Assembly (NCBI GenBank): GCA_964625595.1
Contig: CAZVDH010000001.1
Span: 9,940-73,939 of the forward strand
Source of the DNA: an uncultured Oscillospiraceae bacterium
GTDB lineage: Bacteria > Bacillota > Clostridia > Oscillospirales > Oscillospiraceae
Length of the DNA: 64,000 bases
Reading direction: 5' to 3'
The position numbers and the translations under genes were made by a program. Below the pieces are notes generated by a model, which saw only the letters and a list, made by a program, of their open reading frames with translations, made no database searches and was not told the DNA's origin. Below are positions 1-8,613 of this stretch, piece after piece (the first letter of the stretch is position 1; each line of letters opens with the position of its first letter).

Positions 1-330
1 CAGCCTGGACATGTAAGAAAAGGGTTCCTCAGGATAGATTGGAACAAACCTTTCTTTGGGACGATCTCCGTGCTTCGGCACCAGCCTGAATTCCATTTCT
101 CCCTCTCCCAACCGCTTCACCGGGATCCTCGTATCCAGCCCGAAACCGCCGTCCATAGGCACCACGATGCCCAGGCTTTCCTCCCGGGTGCCGCAGCGGA
201 CAAAAAGCCTGCACATAACGTCTCCTGACAGGCGGCAGCGGCAGTGAAACAGATAATAGAGGCCCTGACGGATCACCTGGACTTTCCCTGCCGGTACCTC
301 TCCAAAAAACACTTCACAGCACATTTGCAA
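1..330 (-). CDS. Hypothetical protein, probably sporulation-associated (3' end runs off the window)
   Basis: Not in the ORF track. Open frame read by hand from TTG330/ATG324: (MQ)MCCEVFFGEVPAGKVQVIRQGLYYLFHCRCRLSGDVMCRL...PEEPFSYMSRL. SD AGGGGGG upstream and a sigE-like promoter. Confidence 0.7.
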   Translation of the reverse strand, partial: MQMCCEVFFGEVPAGKVQVIRQGLYYLFHCRCRLSGDVMCRLFVRCGTREESLGIVVPMDGGFGLDTRIPVKRLGEGEMEFRLVPKHGDRPKERFVPIYPEEPFSYMSRL

Positions 331-336
331 AACAAT

Positions 337-376
337 CCCCCCTGCCGTATCCTATGCGGCAGGGGGGCAATTATTC
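337..376 (-). promoter_or_regulatory. sigE-like promoter (GAATA-N15-CATAGGAT) inside an 11-bp inverted repeat that covers the SD of the 1..330 ORF; may also act as the mazF terminator
   Basis: Arms CCCCCCTGCCG (337-347) and CGGCAGGGGGG (357-367); the -10 element forms the loop. Confidence 0.55.
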
Positions 377-388
377 TCTTTTCGGGCT

Positions 389-742
389 TCATGAATGCAG
401 ACCAAAGCTGACAGCGATAGCATCATCCACCTGTGCCATCTGCTTTTCATCCAGCCGTCCCATATGCTCCCGCAGACGGCGCTTATCTATGGTACGGATC
501 TGCTCGAGAAGGATCACGGAATCCTTTGTCAGTCCAACGCTTCCTCCGGGAATATTTATATGCGTGGGAAGCCGGGCCTTGCCCGTCTGACTGGTAATGG
601 CGGCGGCGATCACCGTGGGGGAATGCCGGTTTCCGGTATCGTTCTGAACAATGAGAACAGGCCGGGTGCCCCCCTGCTCGCTGCCCACCACCGGGGACAG
701 GTCGGCGTAAAAGATGTCGCCCCGCTTAACTGTGCTATCCAT
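389..742 (-). CDS. ndoA: MazF/PemK-family mRNA interferase (EndoA/NdoA-like)
   Basis: KRGDIFYADLSPVVGSEQGGTRPVLIVQND..GN..SPTVIAAAITS..LPTH..DSVILLEQIRTIDKRRL is the EndoA signature. SD GGAGAG before ATG742. Confidence 0.95.
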   Translation of the reverse strand: MDSTVKRGDIFYADLSPVVGSEQGGTRPVLIVQNDTGNRHSPTVIAAAITSQTGKARLPTHINIPGGSVGLTKDSVILLEQIRTIDKRRLREHMGRLDEKQMAQVDDAIAVSFGLHS

Positions 743-752
743 AGGCTTCACT

Positions 753-840
753 CTCCGTGCATATCTTTGGCGCGCTACCGGACGGAATCCCTATGTAACG
801 CGGCTGTATCTATTGTCCCACGCACAGAGGATTTTTATAC
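753..840 (-). promoter_or_regulatory. sigF/sigG-type promoter and structured 5' region of mazF
   Basis: GTATA (840-836)-N18-GACAATA (817-811). Spacer CTCTGTGCGT pairs with ATGCACGGAG (SD). Inner stem CGCGTTAC/GTAGCGCG. Confidence 0.5.
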
Positions 841-917
841 GGTTCTTCGGGAAATACTCCCAGTTTTCCGGTCCGACACCGCCTCCGTATCATCCTATGA
901 TCTTTCACGGCAAAAAG

Positions 918-1475
918 CTACGAAATTGTAAAAGAAGCGACTTCCAGCGACAGGATCTTCCGTCCGCTGTAGAGGATCTCCGCTTTGACAGGCACATTTT
1001 CCCCGTTTACCCAAATATCCAGGTGGAGTGCATCGCCCCGGTAGCTGTCATCCATACACAGGCGAAGATAATCACCGTCCATTCCTGCAGAGGACAGATA
1101 GCCGGAGCGCAGGGTCTTGAGCAGGAGCCAGGGGGCGCTCACCGGCGTCACCTGACCGTCCGCCATCAGCGGAAAGGACAGCGCGGTATCTTCAAAGGTC
1201 AATTCGCCCCCTGTCCCGGTGATCCGGCCGGTTATCCCGGAAATGCTCTCCGGTTCCTCCACGGTAAAGGAAAGGTTTCCCTGTTCGTCTGCCGAACAGT
1301 TCAGTGCGAAAGAATACAGCTTGTCCCCATAATCCGCCGTAATCTTTGTTTCAAAAGCGCATGACCCTTTTTGCAGTTTTTCCCGCAGCATAAGGCTCCG
1401 GTTCATTTCTCCGGAGGCCCTGCCGCAGCCGGACAGGAAAACCACAAGCAGTACGACCGCACAAAACCGTTTCAT
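918..1475 (-). CDS. Lipoprotein, LolA-fold/GerS-like
   Basis: Lipobox VFLSGC. Position between nnrD and ndoA matches the Firmicute acpS-nnr-gerS/ydcC-alr-ndoAI-ndoA locus. Confidence 0.65.
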   Translation of the reverse strand: MKRFCAVVLLVVFLSGCGRASGEMNRSLMLREKLQKGSCAFETKITADYGDKLYSFALNCSADEQGNLSFTVEEPESISGITGRITGTGGELTFEDTALSFPLMADGQVTPVSAPWLLLKTLRSGYLSSAGMDGDYLRLCMDDSYRGDALHLDIWVNGENVPVKAEILYSGRKILSLEVASFTIS

Positions 1476-1487
1476 GGAAAGCCCGCC

Positions 1488-2330
1488 TTATTTCAGAAGT
1501 CGCGGCAAAGCATCCAGCATGTCCGTGGGCAGCATGCCATACTGCCCCAGCTCCCTGGCACACAGGTCTCCCGCGGCTCCGTGGAACCAGCAGCCGCAGG
1601 CTGCCGCCTCCATGGGCCCAAGGCCCTGACCCAGAAACGCCGTAATGATCCCCGCCAGCACATCTCCGCTTCCGCCAACCGCCATGCCGGGATTTCCGGT
1701 CAGGTTGCGGTAAATTACGGTGCCGTCGGTGATCAGCGTTCCCCTCCCCTTGCGCACCAGAATACACGCAAGCGTCCGGGCAAGATCCATAGCTGCCGCG
1801 GCACGGTCTGCGGATGTGTTGCCGCCCAGCCGGGCAAATTCCATTTCATGAGGAGTCAGGATCGTGGGATACTGTCTTCCGCGCAGTAAAGCTTTATGCT
1901 TTCCCAGCAGATTTATGCCATCGGCATCCACAACTACCGGGCATTTGGCCTCCCGGAGGACCGTTTCCAGTGCCGCAAGGGAACCGGGGGACTGTCCCAG
2001 TCCGGGGCCGATAAGAACCGCGTCCATGTGGGCAAGCTTTTCCCCAATCTGTGCCGCCGCGTCCGGACTGAGGGCTCCGTCCGCATCCGGAAGTGGAAAA
2101 ACAATCGCCTCATTCAGCTTCACCGCCTCAATGGCATAAATGCTCTCCGGCACACCCAGAAATACCAGACCCGCTCCGGCACGAAGCGCGCCCATCGCGG
2201 CAAGATAGGCGCTTCCGGTATAGCCCCGGCTGCCGCACAGAAGAAGAATTCGTCCAAAATCCCCCTTATGGGCGTCGGGACTGCGGTCCGGCAGCAGTGC
2301 CAACGCCTGCTCCCTGGTCAGTTCCACCAT
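1488..2330 (-). CDS. nnrD: ADP-dependent NAD(P)H-hydrate dehydratase (YjeF C-terminal domain only)
   Basis: HKGDFG, GAGLV, IGPGLG, VVDADG, ILTPH, GGSGDVLAG motifs. SD GGGAGG before ATG2330. Confidence 0.92.
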   Translation of the reverse strand: MVELTREQALALLPDRSPDAHKGDFGRILLLCGSRGYTGSAYLAAMGALRAGAGLVFLGVPESIYAIEAVKLNEAIVFPLPDADGALSPDAAAQIGEKLAHMDAVLIGPGLGQSPGSLAALETVLREAKCPVVVDADGINLLGKHKALLRGRQYPTILTPHEMEFARLGGNTSADRAAAAMDLARTLACILVRKGRGTLITDGTVIYRNLTGNPGMAVGGSGDVLAGIITAFLGQGLGPMEAAACGCWFHGAAGDLCARELGQYGMLPTDMLDALPRLLK

Positions 2331-2344
2331 AGGCTTTCCTCCCA

Positions 2345-3856
2345 TCATTCCAGATGATACAGTTCGGTAAACTTTTGGGTCAGATAATCGGTATAATACT
2401 TCGGGTCAAATTCGCCGCAGGCTTCCGCAAAAAGCACTCCGGGCTTTTTGAAGCTGGCATATTTGTGAATATGCTCTTTCAGCCAGCCGGTGATCCGGGA
2501 CAGGTCGCCCTTTGCCACATCGGCATAAATGTCTCCCAGTTCCTCCTGCATTGTGTGGAGCATCTGAACACCGTAGGCGCTGCCCAGCGCGTAGGAGGGA
2601 AAATAGCCGATGCTGCCGCCGGACCAGTGAGAGTCCTGAAGGCAGCCCATCCGGTCATTGGGGACATTGATTCCCAGGTACTCCCAGTACAGTTCGTTCC
2701 ACCGGGCAGGTACATCCGCCACGGCCAGCTCTCCGGAAATCAGTTGTTTTTCAATGTCATAGCGGACCATGATGTGCAGCGAGTAGGTAAGCTCGTCGGA
2801 CTCCGTGCGGATAAGGCTGGGCTGGGCTTTGTTGACAGCCCGGTAGAACATTTCTTCGTCCACATCCTGAAGCTGCTCCGGGAAGAAAGCTTTGATTTCC
2901 GGGAAAACAGCATGGATAAAGGGGCGGCTCCTGCCAATGAGATTTTCGTAGAACCGGCTCTGGCTTTCGTGAATGCCCATGGATACGCCGCCGCTGAGAA
3001 CGGTAGCGTTGTACTGATCGTCCGCATTCAGTTCATAGAGTGCGTGACCGCCCTCGTGGATCACGGAATACATGCTGGAAGCCAGGCTGTTTTCATAGTA
3101 ATGGGTGGTAATACGCACATCCTTGTTGTTGAAATTTGTAGTAAAGGGATGCTCCGTTTCCGCGATGCCGCAATAGTTACGGTCCAGGCCCATGACTTCC
3201 ATCAGATAGTCGGAAAGCCTGCGCTGCTGCTCCACGGGATAGGTCCTGTGCAGGAAGCTGTCATCAATGGGCGGCTTCTCGGAAATCTTCTCAATCAGCG
3301 GCACGATGGTGCTGCGCAGCTGGGAGAAAAAGGCATCCAGCGTCACTGTGTTCATGCCTTCCTCATACTCGTTAAGCAGCGCGTCATAGGGGGCCATCTT
3401 CGGATTGTAATATCCGGCAAACCTCCGGTTATAGTCCACGATCTTTTCCAGATACGGCGCAAAGGACGGAAAATCATTTTCATTTTTCGCCTTTTCCCAC
3501 ACGGCTCCCGCATCGTTCAGCAGCACCTGATAGGCAACAAATTCCTCCCCGGGGATCTTGTGGGAACGGTCATAGTCTTTCCGGATCACTTCTATCTGCC
3601 GCAGCCGGACCGGGTCCAGCTCCTGAGCGTGGGATTCCAGATAGGAAAGAAGCTCCCCTCTTTCCGGACTGGTGGAAAGGTCATAGATTATCCTGGAAAG
3701 GACCTCCATGGTATTTCCCCGGCCAACATAGCTTCCCTTCGGCGCGGCGGTGGCGGCATCCAGATACAAAACGCCCATGGCATGGTTATAGGCGGCCTCT
3801 GTTTTCTGGGTGCGGTCCAGAGCTTCCAGGGCCTGAGCGACGGATTCATACTGCAT
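2345..3856 (-). CDS. Carboxypeptidase, M32 (Taq) family
   Basis: HPF, DVRITT, HEGGH (HExxH), HESQS, IRTESD, GYFPSY motifs. Confidence 0.95.
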   Translation of the reverse strand: MQYESVAQALEALDRTQKTEAAYNHAMGVLYLDAATAAPKGSYVGRGNTMEVLSRIIYDLSTSPERGELLSYLESHAQELDPVRLRQIEVIRKDYDRSHKIPGEEFVAYQVLLNDAGAVWEKAKNENDFPSFAPYLEKIVDYNRRFAGYYNPKMAPYDALLNEYEEGMNTVTLDAFFSQLRSTIVPLIEKISEKPPIDDSFLHRTYPVEQQRRLSDYLMEVMGLDRNYCGIAETEHPFTTNFNNKDVRITTHYYENSLASSMYSVIHEGGHALYELNADDQYNATVLSGGVSMGIHESQSRFYENLIGRSRPFIHAVFPEIKAFFPEQLQDVDEEMFYRAVNKAQPSLIRTESDELTYSLHIMVRYDIEKQLISGELAVADVPARWNELYWEYLGINVPNDRMGCLQDSHWSGGSIGYFPSYALGSAYGVQMLHTMQEELGDIYADVAKGDLSRITGWLKEHIHKYASFKKPGVLFAEACGEFDPKYYTDYLTQKFTELYHLE

Positions 3857-3937
3857 AATGCTGTCTCCCTTTCAATAATTATTTGAAAACAACATATCAC
3901 GTTCTTTCCGGTTCGTCAAGGAAAAGAGAAAAAGTGC

Positions 3938-3966
3938 TTGCAAATTACATTTTGTTGTGTTACTAT
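3938..3966 (+). promoter_or_regulatory. sigA promoter of pheST
   Basis: TTGCAA-N17-TACTAT. Confidence 0.7.
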
Positions 3967-3979
3967 TGGGAAGATATGA

Positions 3980-4240
3980 AAAAGCAGTGATCGGGCTGCC
4001 TTGCGTTGGTTTTGCGCACACAGCGAGAGCGGGATGGTGGAAGCCGCTTGCGTACAGCGTTGGGCTTTCTCCCGGGAGCCGCCGCCTGAATGCGTAAGCC
4101 AGTAGGGCCGGACGGGTGATGCCGTTATCCATCTTGGACATGGTTGTGTCCGAAAGCGCGCCGTTTTCAGCGGCGAAATTGCGGGTGGTACCGCGGAAGC
4201 ATTGCCTTTCGTCCCGGTTTGGGATCGAAAGGTTTTTTCA
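3980..4240 (+). ncRNA. T-box riboswitch (Phe specifier)
   Basis: AGCGAG and GGTGGAAG stem I loops, TTC specifier at about 4067-4069, GCCGTTA F-box, T-box GGTGGTACCGCG at 4184-4195, terminator CCTTTCGTCCC/GGGATCGAAAGG plus U-tract, directly upstream of pheS. Confidence 0.93.
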
Positions 4241-4258
4241 TTTTTAGGAGGAAAGAAC

Positions 4259-5302
4259 ATGAAACAACAACTGGAAAGCATTCGCTCCCAGGCAATGTCC
4301 GCCCTGGAGGAAGCATCCACGCCTGCCGCTCTGGAAGAGCTGCGGGTCAAGCTGCTGGGCAAGAAAGGTGAACTGACCGCCGTTTTAAAGCAAATGGGCA
4401 AGCTCAGTGCCGAGGAGCGGCCTGTTATGGGACAGCTTGCCAACTCCGTTCGAGCCGCCATTGAGGAAAAGCTGGAGGAACGGAAAGCCGAGATCCATGC
4501 TTCCGTCCTGGAAGCAAAATTAGCTTCCGAAGCCGTGGATGTCACGATTCCCGGGACGGCGGTGGCGGTGGGCCACCAGCATCCCATGAATCAGGTCCTG
4601 CAGCAGATCAAGGATGTATTCGTTGGCCTTGGCTATCAGGTGGTGGAAGGTCCTGAGGTTGAGCTGGCAGACTACAACTTCACCCGGCTGAACATCGAGG
4701 AAGGACACCCCTCCCGGGATCGTTCCGATACCTTCTATTTCACGGATGATGACTCCGTACTTCTGCGGACCCAGACCAGCCCCATGCAGATCCGCTATAT
4801 GGAAACCCACAAGCCGCCGCTGTGCATGCTGGCTCCCGGCCGTGTGTTCCGGAAGGATGAGGCTGATGCCACCCACTCCCCTATGTTCCATCAGATCGAA
4901 GGCCTGGTGGTGGATGAGCACATCACCATGGGCGATCTCAAAGGAGCTCTCATCACCATGATGCGCAAGCTTTACGGCGAGGATGCCCAGATGCGGTTCC
5001 GTCCCCATCACTTTCCTTTCACGGAACCCAGCTGCGAAATGGACATGCAGTGCCACAAGTGCCATGGCACCGGCGAGGTGAACGGTCAGGTCTGCTCCAC
5101 CTGTCACGGTGAGGGCTGGATTGAACTGCTGGGCGCCGGAATGGTCCATCCCAAGGTTCTGGAGTGCTGCGGCATTGATCCTGACAAGTATACCGGCTTT
5201 GCCTTTGGCATGGGCCTGGAACGGATGGCCATGGGCCGTCTGAAGATCAACGACCTGCGCCTGATCTTCGACAACGATATTCGGTTCCTGAACCAGTTCT
5301 AA
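4259..5302 (+). CDS. pheS: Phenylalanine--tRNA ligase alpha subunit
   Basis: LLRTQTS, FRKDEADATHSPMFHQIEG, FPFTEPS, GFAFGMGLER, with the CxxC..CxxC Zn-finger insert. SD AGGAGG. Confidence 0.98.
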   Translation: MKQQLESIRSQAMSALEEASTPAALEELRVKLLGKKGELTAVLKQMGKLSAEERPVMGQLANSVRAAIEEKLEERKAEIHASVLEAKLASEAVDVTIPGTAVAVGHQHPMNQVLQQIKDVFVGLGYQVVEGPEVELADYNFTRLNIEEGHPSRDRSDTFYFTDDDSVLLRTQTSPMQIRYMETHKPPLCMLAPGRVFRKDEADATHSPMFHQIEGLVVDEHITMGDLKGALITMMRKLYGEDAQMRFRPHHFPFTEPSCEMDMQCHKCHGTGEVNGQVCSTCHGEGWIELLGAGMVHPKVLECCGIDPDKYTGFAFGMGLERMAMGRLKINDLRLIFDNDIRFLNQF

Positions 5303-5318
5303 AGGAGGTGCGTCTACA

Positions 5319-7706
5319 ATGAGACTGAACAGAAAATGGCTGAATGAAGATTTCGTGGACCTGCACGAGGTAAGCGATAAAGAATTTGTGGAAACCATGA
5401 CCGTCTTCGGTCAAAAGGTGGAAACCTGGGAGCGGATGGATGCCGAGATCAAAAACGTGGTCGTCGGCAAGGTCCTTTCCATGGTGCGCCATCCCAACTC
5501 CGACCATATGTGGATCTGCCAGGTGGATGCCGGCAGCGAAGAGCCCGTGCAGATCGTCACCGGTGCCCAGAACGTCCATGAGGGAGATCTGGTTCCCGTT
5601 GCGCTGCACAACTCCTGGCTTCCCGGCGGCGTGCACATCACCAAAGGCAAGCTCCGGGGAGAGCTGTCCAACGGCATGCTCTGCTCCTTCGCGGAGCTGG
5701 GTCTGACCCAGAATGACCTGCCCGGCGTATTCGCCGACGGCATCTGGATCCTGAACGATGAAGAATGCAGCGTCGGTCAGGACATCAACCAGGTCATCGG
5801 AAACGATGATACCGTGGTGGAATTTGAGATCACCAATAACCGCCCCGACTGCTACTCCATCATCGGTCTTGCCCGGGAAGCAGCGGCTGCTTTCGGAAAG
5901 CCCATGCGTCACCACGAGCCGGTGGTTCACGGGAGTCGTGCCGGCAGCATCTTCGAGCATCTGGATGTAGAAGTGCCCGCTGCGGATAAATGCAGCCGGT
6001 ACTCTTCCCGAATGGTCGCCAATGTGAAAATCGGCCCCTCCCCCAAGTGGCTGCGGCAGCGTCTGCGCGCCAACGGCGTCCGCCCCATCAACAATATCGT
6101 TGACATCACCAACTATGTAATGCTGGAATACGGCCAGCCCATGCACGCCTTTGACTACCGCTACGTTTCCTCCGGAAAGATCGTAGTGCGGGAAGCCGAG
6201 GCTGGAGAGACCCTCACCACACTGGACGGCACTGTGCGTCCCCTGAAGCCGGGAATGCTGGTCATTGCCGATGACACCAAGCCCATTGGCCTTGCCGGTA
6301 TCATGGGCGGCGAGAACTCCGAAATCGTGGACGACACCTCTATGGTGGTCTTCGAATCCGCCAACTTTAACGGCACCTCCATCCGCCAGACTGCTCTGGC
6401 TCTGGGAATGCGCACCGAGGCCTCCGGAAAGTTTGAGAAGAACCTGGATCCTATGATGACCGTTCCCGCTGTACAGCGTGCCTGCGAGCTGGTTGAGCTT
6501 CTCGGCTGCGGCGATGTGCTGGACGGGACCATCGATGTGATCCATTACGTTCCCGAACCCCGCCGTGTCCGTCTGGAGCCCGCCAAGATCAATGCTCTGC
6601 TGGGTACGGATATTTCCCGTGAGGATATGGTAAAGTATCTAGCTAATCTTGAGATTCCGGTGGAGGGCGATGAAATTCTTGTCCCCTCTTTCCGCCCTGA
6701 CCTGATCCTGACGGCGGATATCGCCGAGGAGATCGGCCGTTCCTACGGCTATAACGCCATTCCTATCACCGAGTTCAAGAATTCTACCCAGGGCGGCTAC
6801 TCACAGGAAATGAAGCTGGAAGCCCAGGCGGGAACCTTCTGCCGTGGGTTGGGCTACAGCGAGATCATCACCTACTCCTTCGTCTCCCCTGCTGTTTTTG
6901 ATCAGATCCGTCTTCCTGCTGACTCTCCTCTTCGCAACTGCATGCGGATCCAGAATCCTCTGGGTGAAGATACCTCTGTGATGCGCACCATTGCCCTGCC
7001 CTCCATGCTGGAAATTTTGGCACGGAACAGCGCCTACCACAACAAGGCTGTCAAGCTTTATGAGGTTGCCAAGGTGTATCTGCCTACCGAGGGTCAGGTG
7101 CTTCCCCAGGAACCCAAGAAGCTTATTTTGGGCACCTATGGTTCCGGCGAGAACTTCTTCACATTGAAAGGCGAGATCGAAGCCATTTTTGCCGGACTGC
7201 GGATCCGGAAAGCGGAATACGCTGCTGAAAAGAGTAACCCCAGCTACCATCCCGGGCGCTGTTCTTCCATTACCGTGGACGGCGTTAATGTCGGCGTTAT
7301 GGGTCAGGTGCATCCCCTGGTGGTTAAAAATTACGGCATGGATTGCGAGGTCTACTGCGCCGAGCTGAATCTCAGTGCGCTTATGGAGCTGCGCCTGCCT
7401 GAGCCCACCTACACGCCTCTGCCCAAATATCCGGCGGTAATGCGTGACCTGGCGCTGGTCTGCGACGAGGAAGTCACCGTTGCCCAGGCCGAGGGCGTGA
7501 TTACGGGCGCCGCCGGGAAGCTCCTGCGCGGCGTCAAGCTGTTCGACATCTACCGGGGCACCGGCGTACCGGCAGGCAAAAAGAGCATGGCTTTCTCTCT
7601 GGAACTGCGCTCCGATGAACGGACGCTTACCGACGCGGATTCCGAGGGTGTTATGAACAAGGTTCTTGCCGCGCTGAAAGAAAAGCTGAACGCCGTTCTG
7701 CGTTAA
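5319..7706 (+). CDS. pheT: Phenylalanine--tRNA ligase beta subunit
   Basis: tRNA-binding OB domain (HPNSD..IVTGA), EITNNRPD, RPINNIVDITNY, C-terminal FDX-ACB (RDLA..LFDIY). Confidence 0.98.
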   Translation: MRLNRKWLNEDFVDLHEVSDKEFVETMTVFGQKVETWERMDAEIKNVVVGKVLSMVRHPNSDHMWICQVDAGSEEPVQIVTGAQNVHEGDLVPVALHNSWLPGGVHITKGKLRGELSNGMLCSFAELGLTQNDLPGVFADGIWILNDEECSVGQDINQVIGNDDTVVEFEITNNRPDCYSIIGLAREAAAAFGKPMRHHEPVVHGSRAGSIFEHLDVEVPAADKCSRYSSRMVANVKIGPSPKWLRQRLRANGVRPINNIVDITNYVMLEYGQPMHAFDYRYVSSGKIVVREAEAGETLTTLDGTVRPLKPGMLVIADDTKPIGLAGIMGGENSEIVDDTSMVVFESANFNGTSIRQTALALGMRTEASGKFEKNLDPMMTVPAVQRACELVELLGCGDVLDGTIDVIHYVPEPRRVRLEPAKINALLGTDISREDMVKYLANLEIPVEGDEILVPSFRPDLILTADIAEEIGRSYGYNAIPITEFKNSTQGGYSQEMKLEAQAGTFCRGLGYSEIITYSFVSPAVFDQIRLPADSPLRNCMRIQNPLGEDTSVMRTIALPSMLEILARNSAYHNKAVKLYEVAKVYLPTEGQVLPQEPKKLILGTYGSGENFFTLKGEIEAIFAGLRIRKAEYAAEKSNPSYHPGRCSSITVDGVNVGVMGQVHPLVVKNYGMDCEVYCAELNLSALMELRLPEPTYTPLPKYPAVMRDLALVCDEEVTVAQAEGVITGAAGKLLRGVKLFDIYRGTGVPAGKKSMAFSLELRSDERTLTDADSEGVMNKVLAALKEKLNAVLR

Positions 7707-7806
7707 GAAAACAAAAGTTCACAAAAAATTTCCGTTTGGGGCTTTACACCCTCCCCTTTCTGGCGTATAATAACAGTATTATTTTCCTGATAAGGAGGCT
7801 GAGACC

Positions 7807-8061
7807 ATGACGGATTCCGACACCCTGACCTTTACAGTCCCCAGCGATGACAAAGAGAGCATGCGCCGCATTCTCCGAAGTGTGTTCGATGCCCTGTCTG
7901 AGAAAGGCTACAACCCCATTAACCAGATCGTCGGCTACCTGCTGACGGAGGATCCCACCTACATTACAAATTACGGCAATGCCCGCAGCCTGATCTGCAA
8001 GATCGACCGGGACGAGCTGATGCAGGTGCTGGTCCGGGAGTATCTGTTCTCCAAGGATTGA
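7807..8061 (+). CDS. IreB/ReoM-family regulatory phosphoprotein (UPF0297)
   Basis: [38 protein letters not shown] with N-terminal Thr. Own promoter TTTACA-N17-TATAAT. Confidence 0.92.
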   Translation: MTDSDTLTFTVPSDDKESMRRILRSVFDALSEKGYNPINQIVGYLLTEDPTYITNYGNARSLICKIDRDELMQVLVREYLFSKD

Positions 8062-8076
8062 TTTCGGAACACCGGC

Positions 8077-8110
8077 AAGGGGCCTTTGTCCAGGCAAAGG
8101 CCCCTTATTT
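8077..8110 (+). terminator. Intrinsic terminator
   Basis: AAGGGGCCTTTG/CAAAGGCCCCTT stem followed by ATTTT. Confidence 0.75.
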
Positions 8111-8173
8111 TGTACCTTGACAGTTTCATATGTATCTTCCTTTTCCCCCAAATATTGGTGGATTCCACTGGAC

Positions 8174-8202
8174 TTGACTTTTCTGTAACAATGTGTTACA
8201 AT
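8174..8202 (+). promoter_or_regulatory. sigA promoter overlapped by palindrome TGTAACA-N3-TGTTACA
   Basis: TTGACT-N17-TACAAT; palindrome at 8184-8200. Confidence 0.65.
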
Positions 8203-8231
8203 TTAATTACATTTTCACAGGAGGTTCTTTC

Positions 8232-8519
8232 ATGGCTGACGAAAAAGTACTCACCTATAAAGGTCGCCCGCTGATGAGAAAGGATAATCTCATCTATTAC
8301 GGCTCCATGGCAGACAGCCACATCATTATGCTGCAGGTGCTGGAAAGCAAAAAGGTTAACGATACTGACATCGCCACTCGGGTTGCCATCCAGCTTCAGC
8401 TTACCGATCCCAACGCAAGAGGCCGGGATCGTATCGTGAAAAAAAGCGAAAAAGACGGCCTGTACACCGCCCTTGATCTGGGGTCTGTCTGGCTGGAACG
8501 CGCCCTGGCCGGTAAGTAA
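8232..8519 (+). CDS. Conserved hypothetical protein (95 aa)
   Basis: SD AGGAGG, typical codon usage, MADEKVLTYKGRPL...WLERALAGK. Confidence 0.85.
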   Translation: MADEKVLTYKGRPLMRKDNLIYYGSMADSHIIMLQVLESKKVNDTDIATRVAIQLQLTDPNARGRDRIVKKSEKDGLYTALDLGSVWLERALAGK

Positions 8520-8613
8520 AGCAAAGCCCTGATACAGCTGTGAAATGTATAACCGCCATTTCACAGCACTTAAAACCGCGCCAAAGAAACCCATTTTACC
8601 CCGGAGGATACAT

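Noticed and set aside
826-880. Tiny GTG-started ORF upstream of mazF as a possible antitoxin
   Set aside because: Only 14 codons, SD spacing of 2 nt, and no resemblance to MazE/NdoAI.
2354-3886. Long antisense ORFs (e.g. 2354-3886 +, 5247-6545 -, 59100-60791 +, 41836-43029 +)
   Set aside because: They mirror well-identified genes on the opposite strand, as expected from GC-rich codon bias, and have no motifs or SD.
5048-5120. CxxC-CxxC insert in PheS
   Set aside because: Common Zn-finger insertion in Firmicute PheS; not novel.
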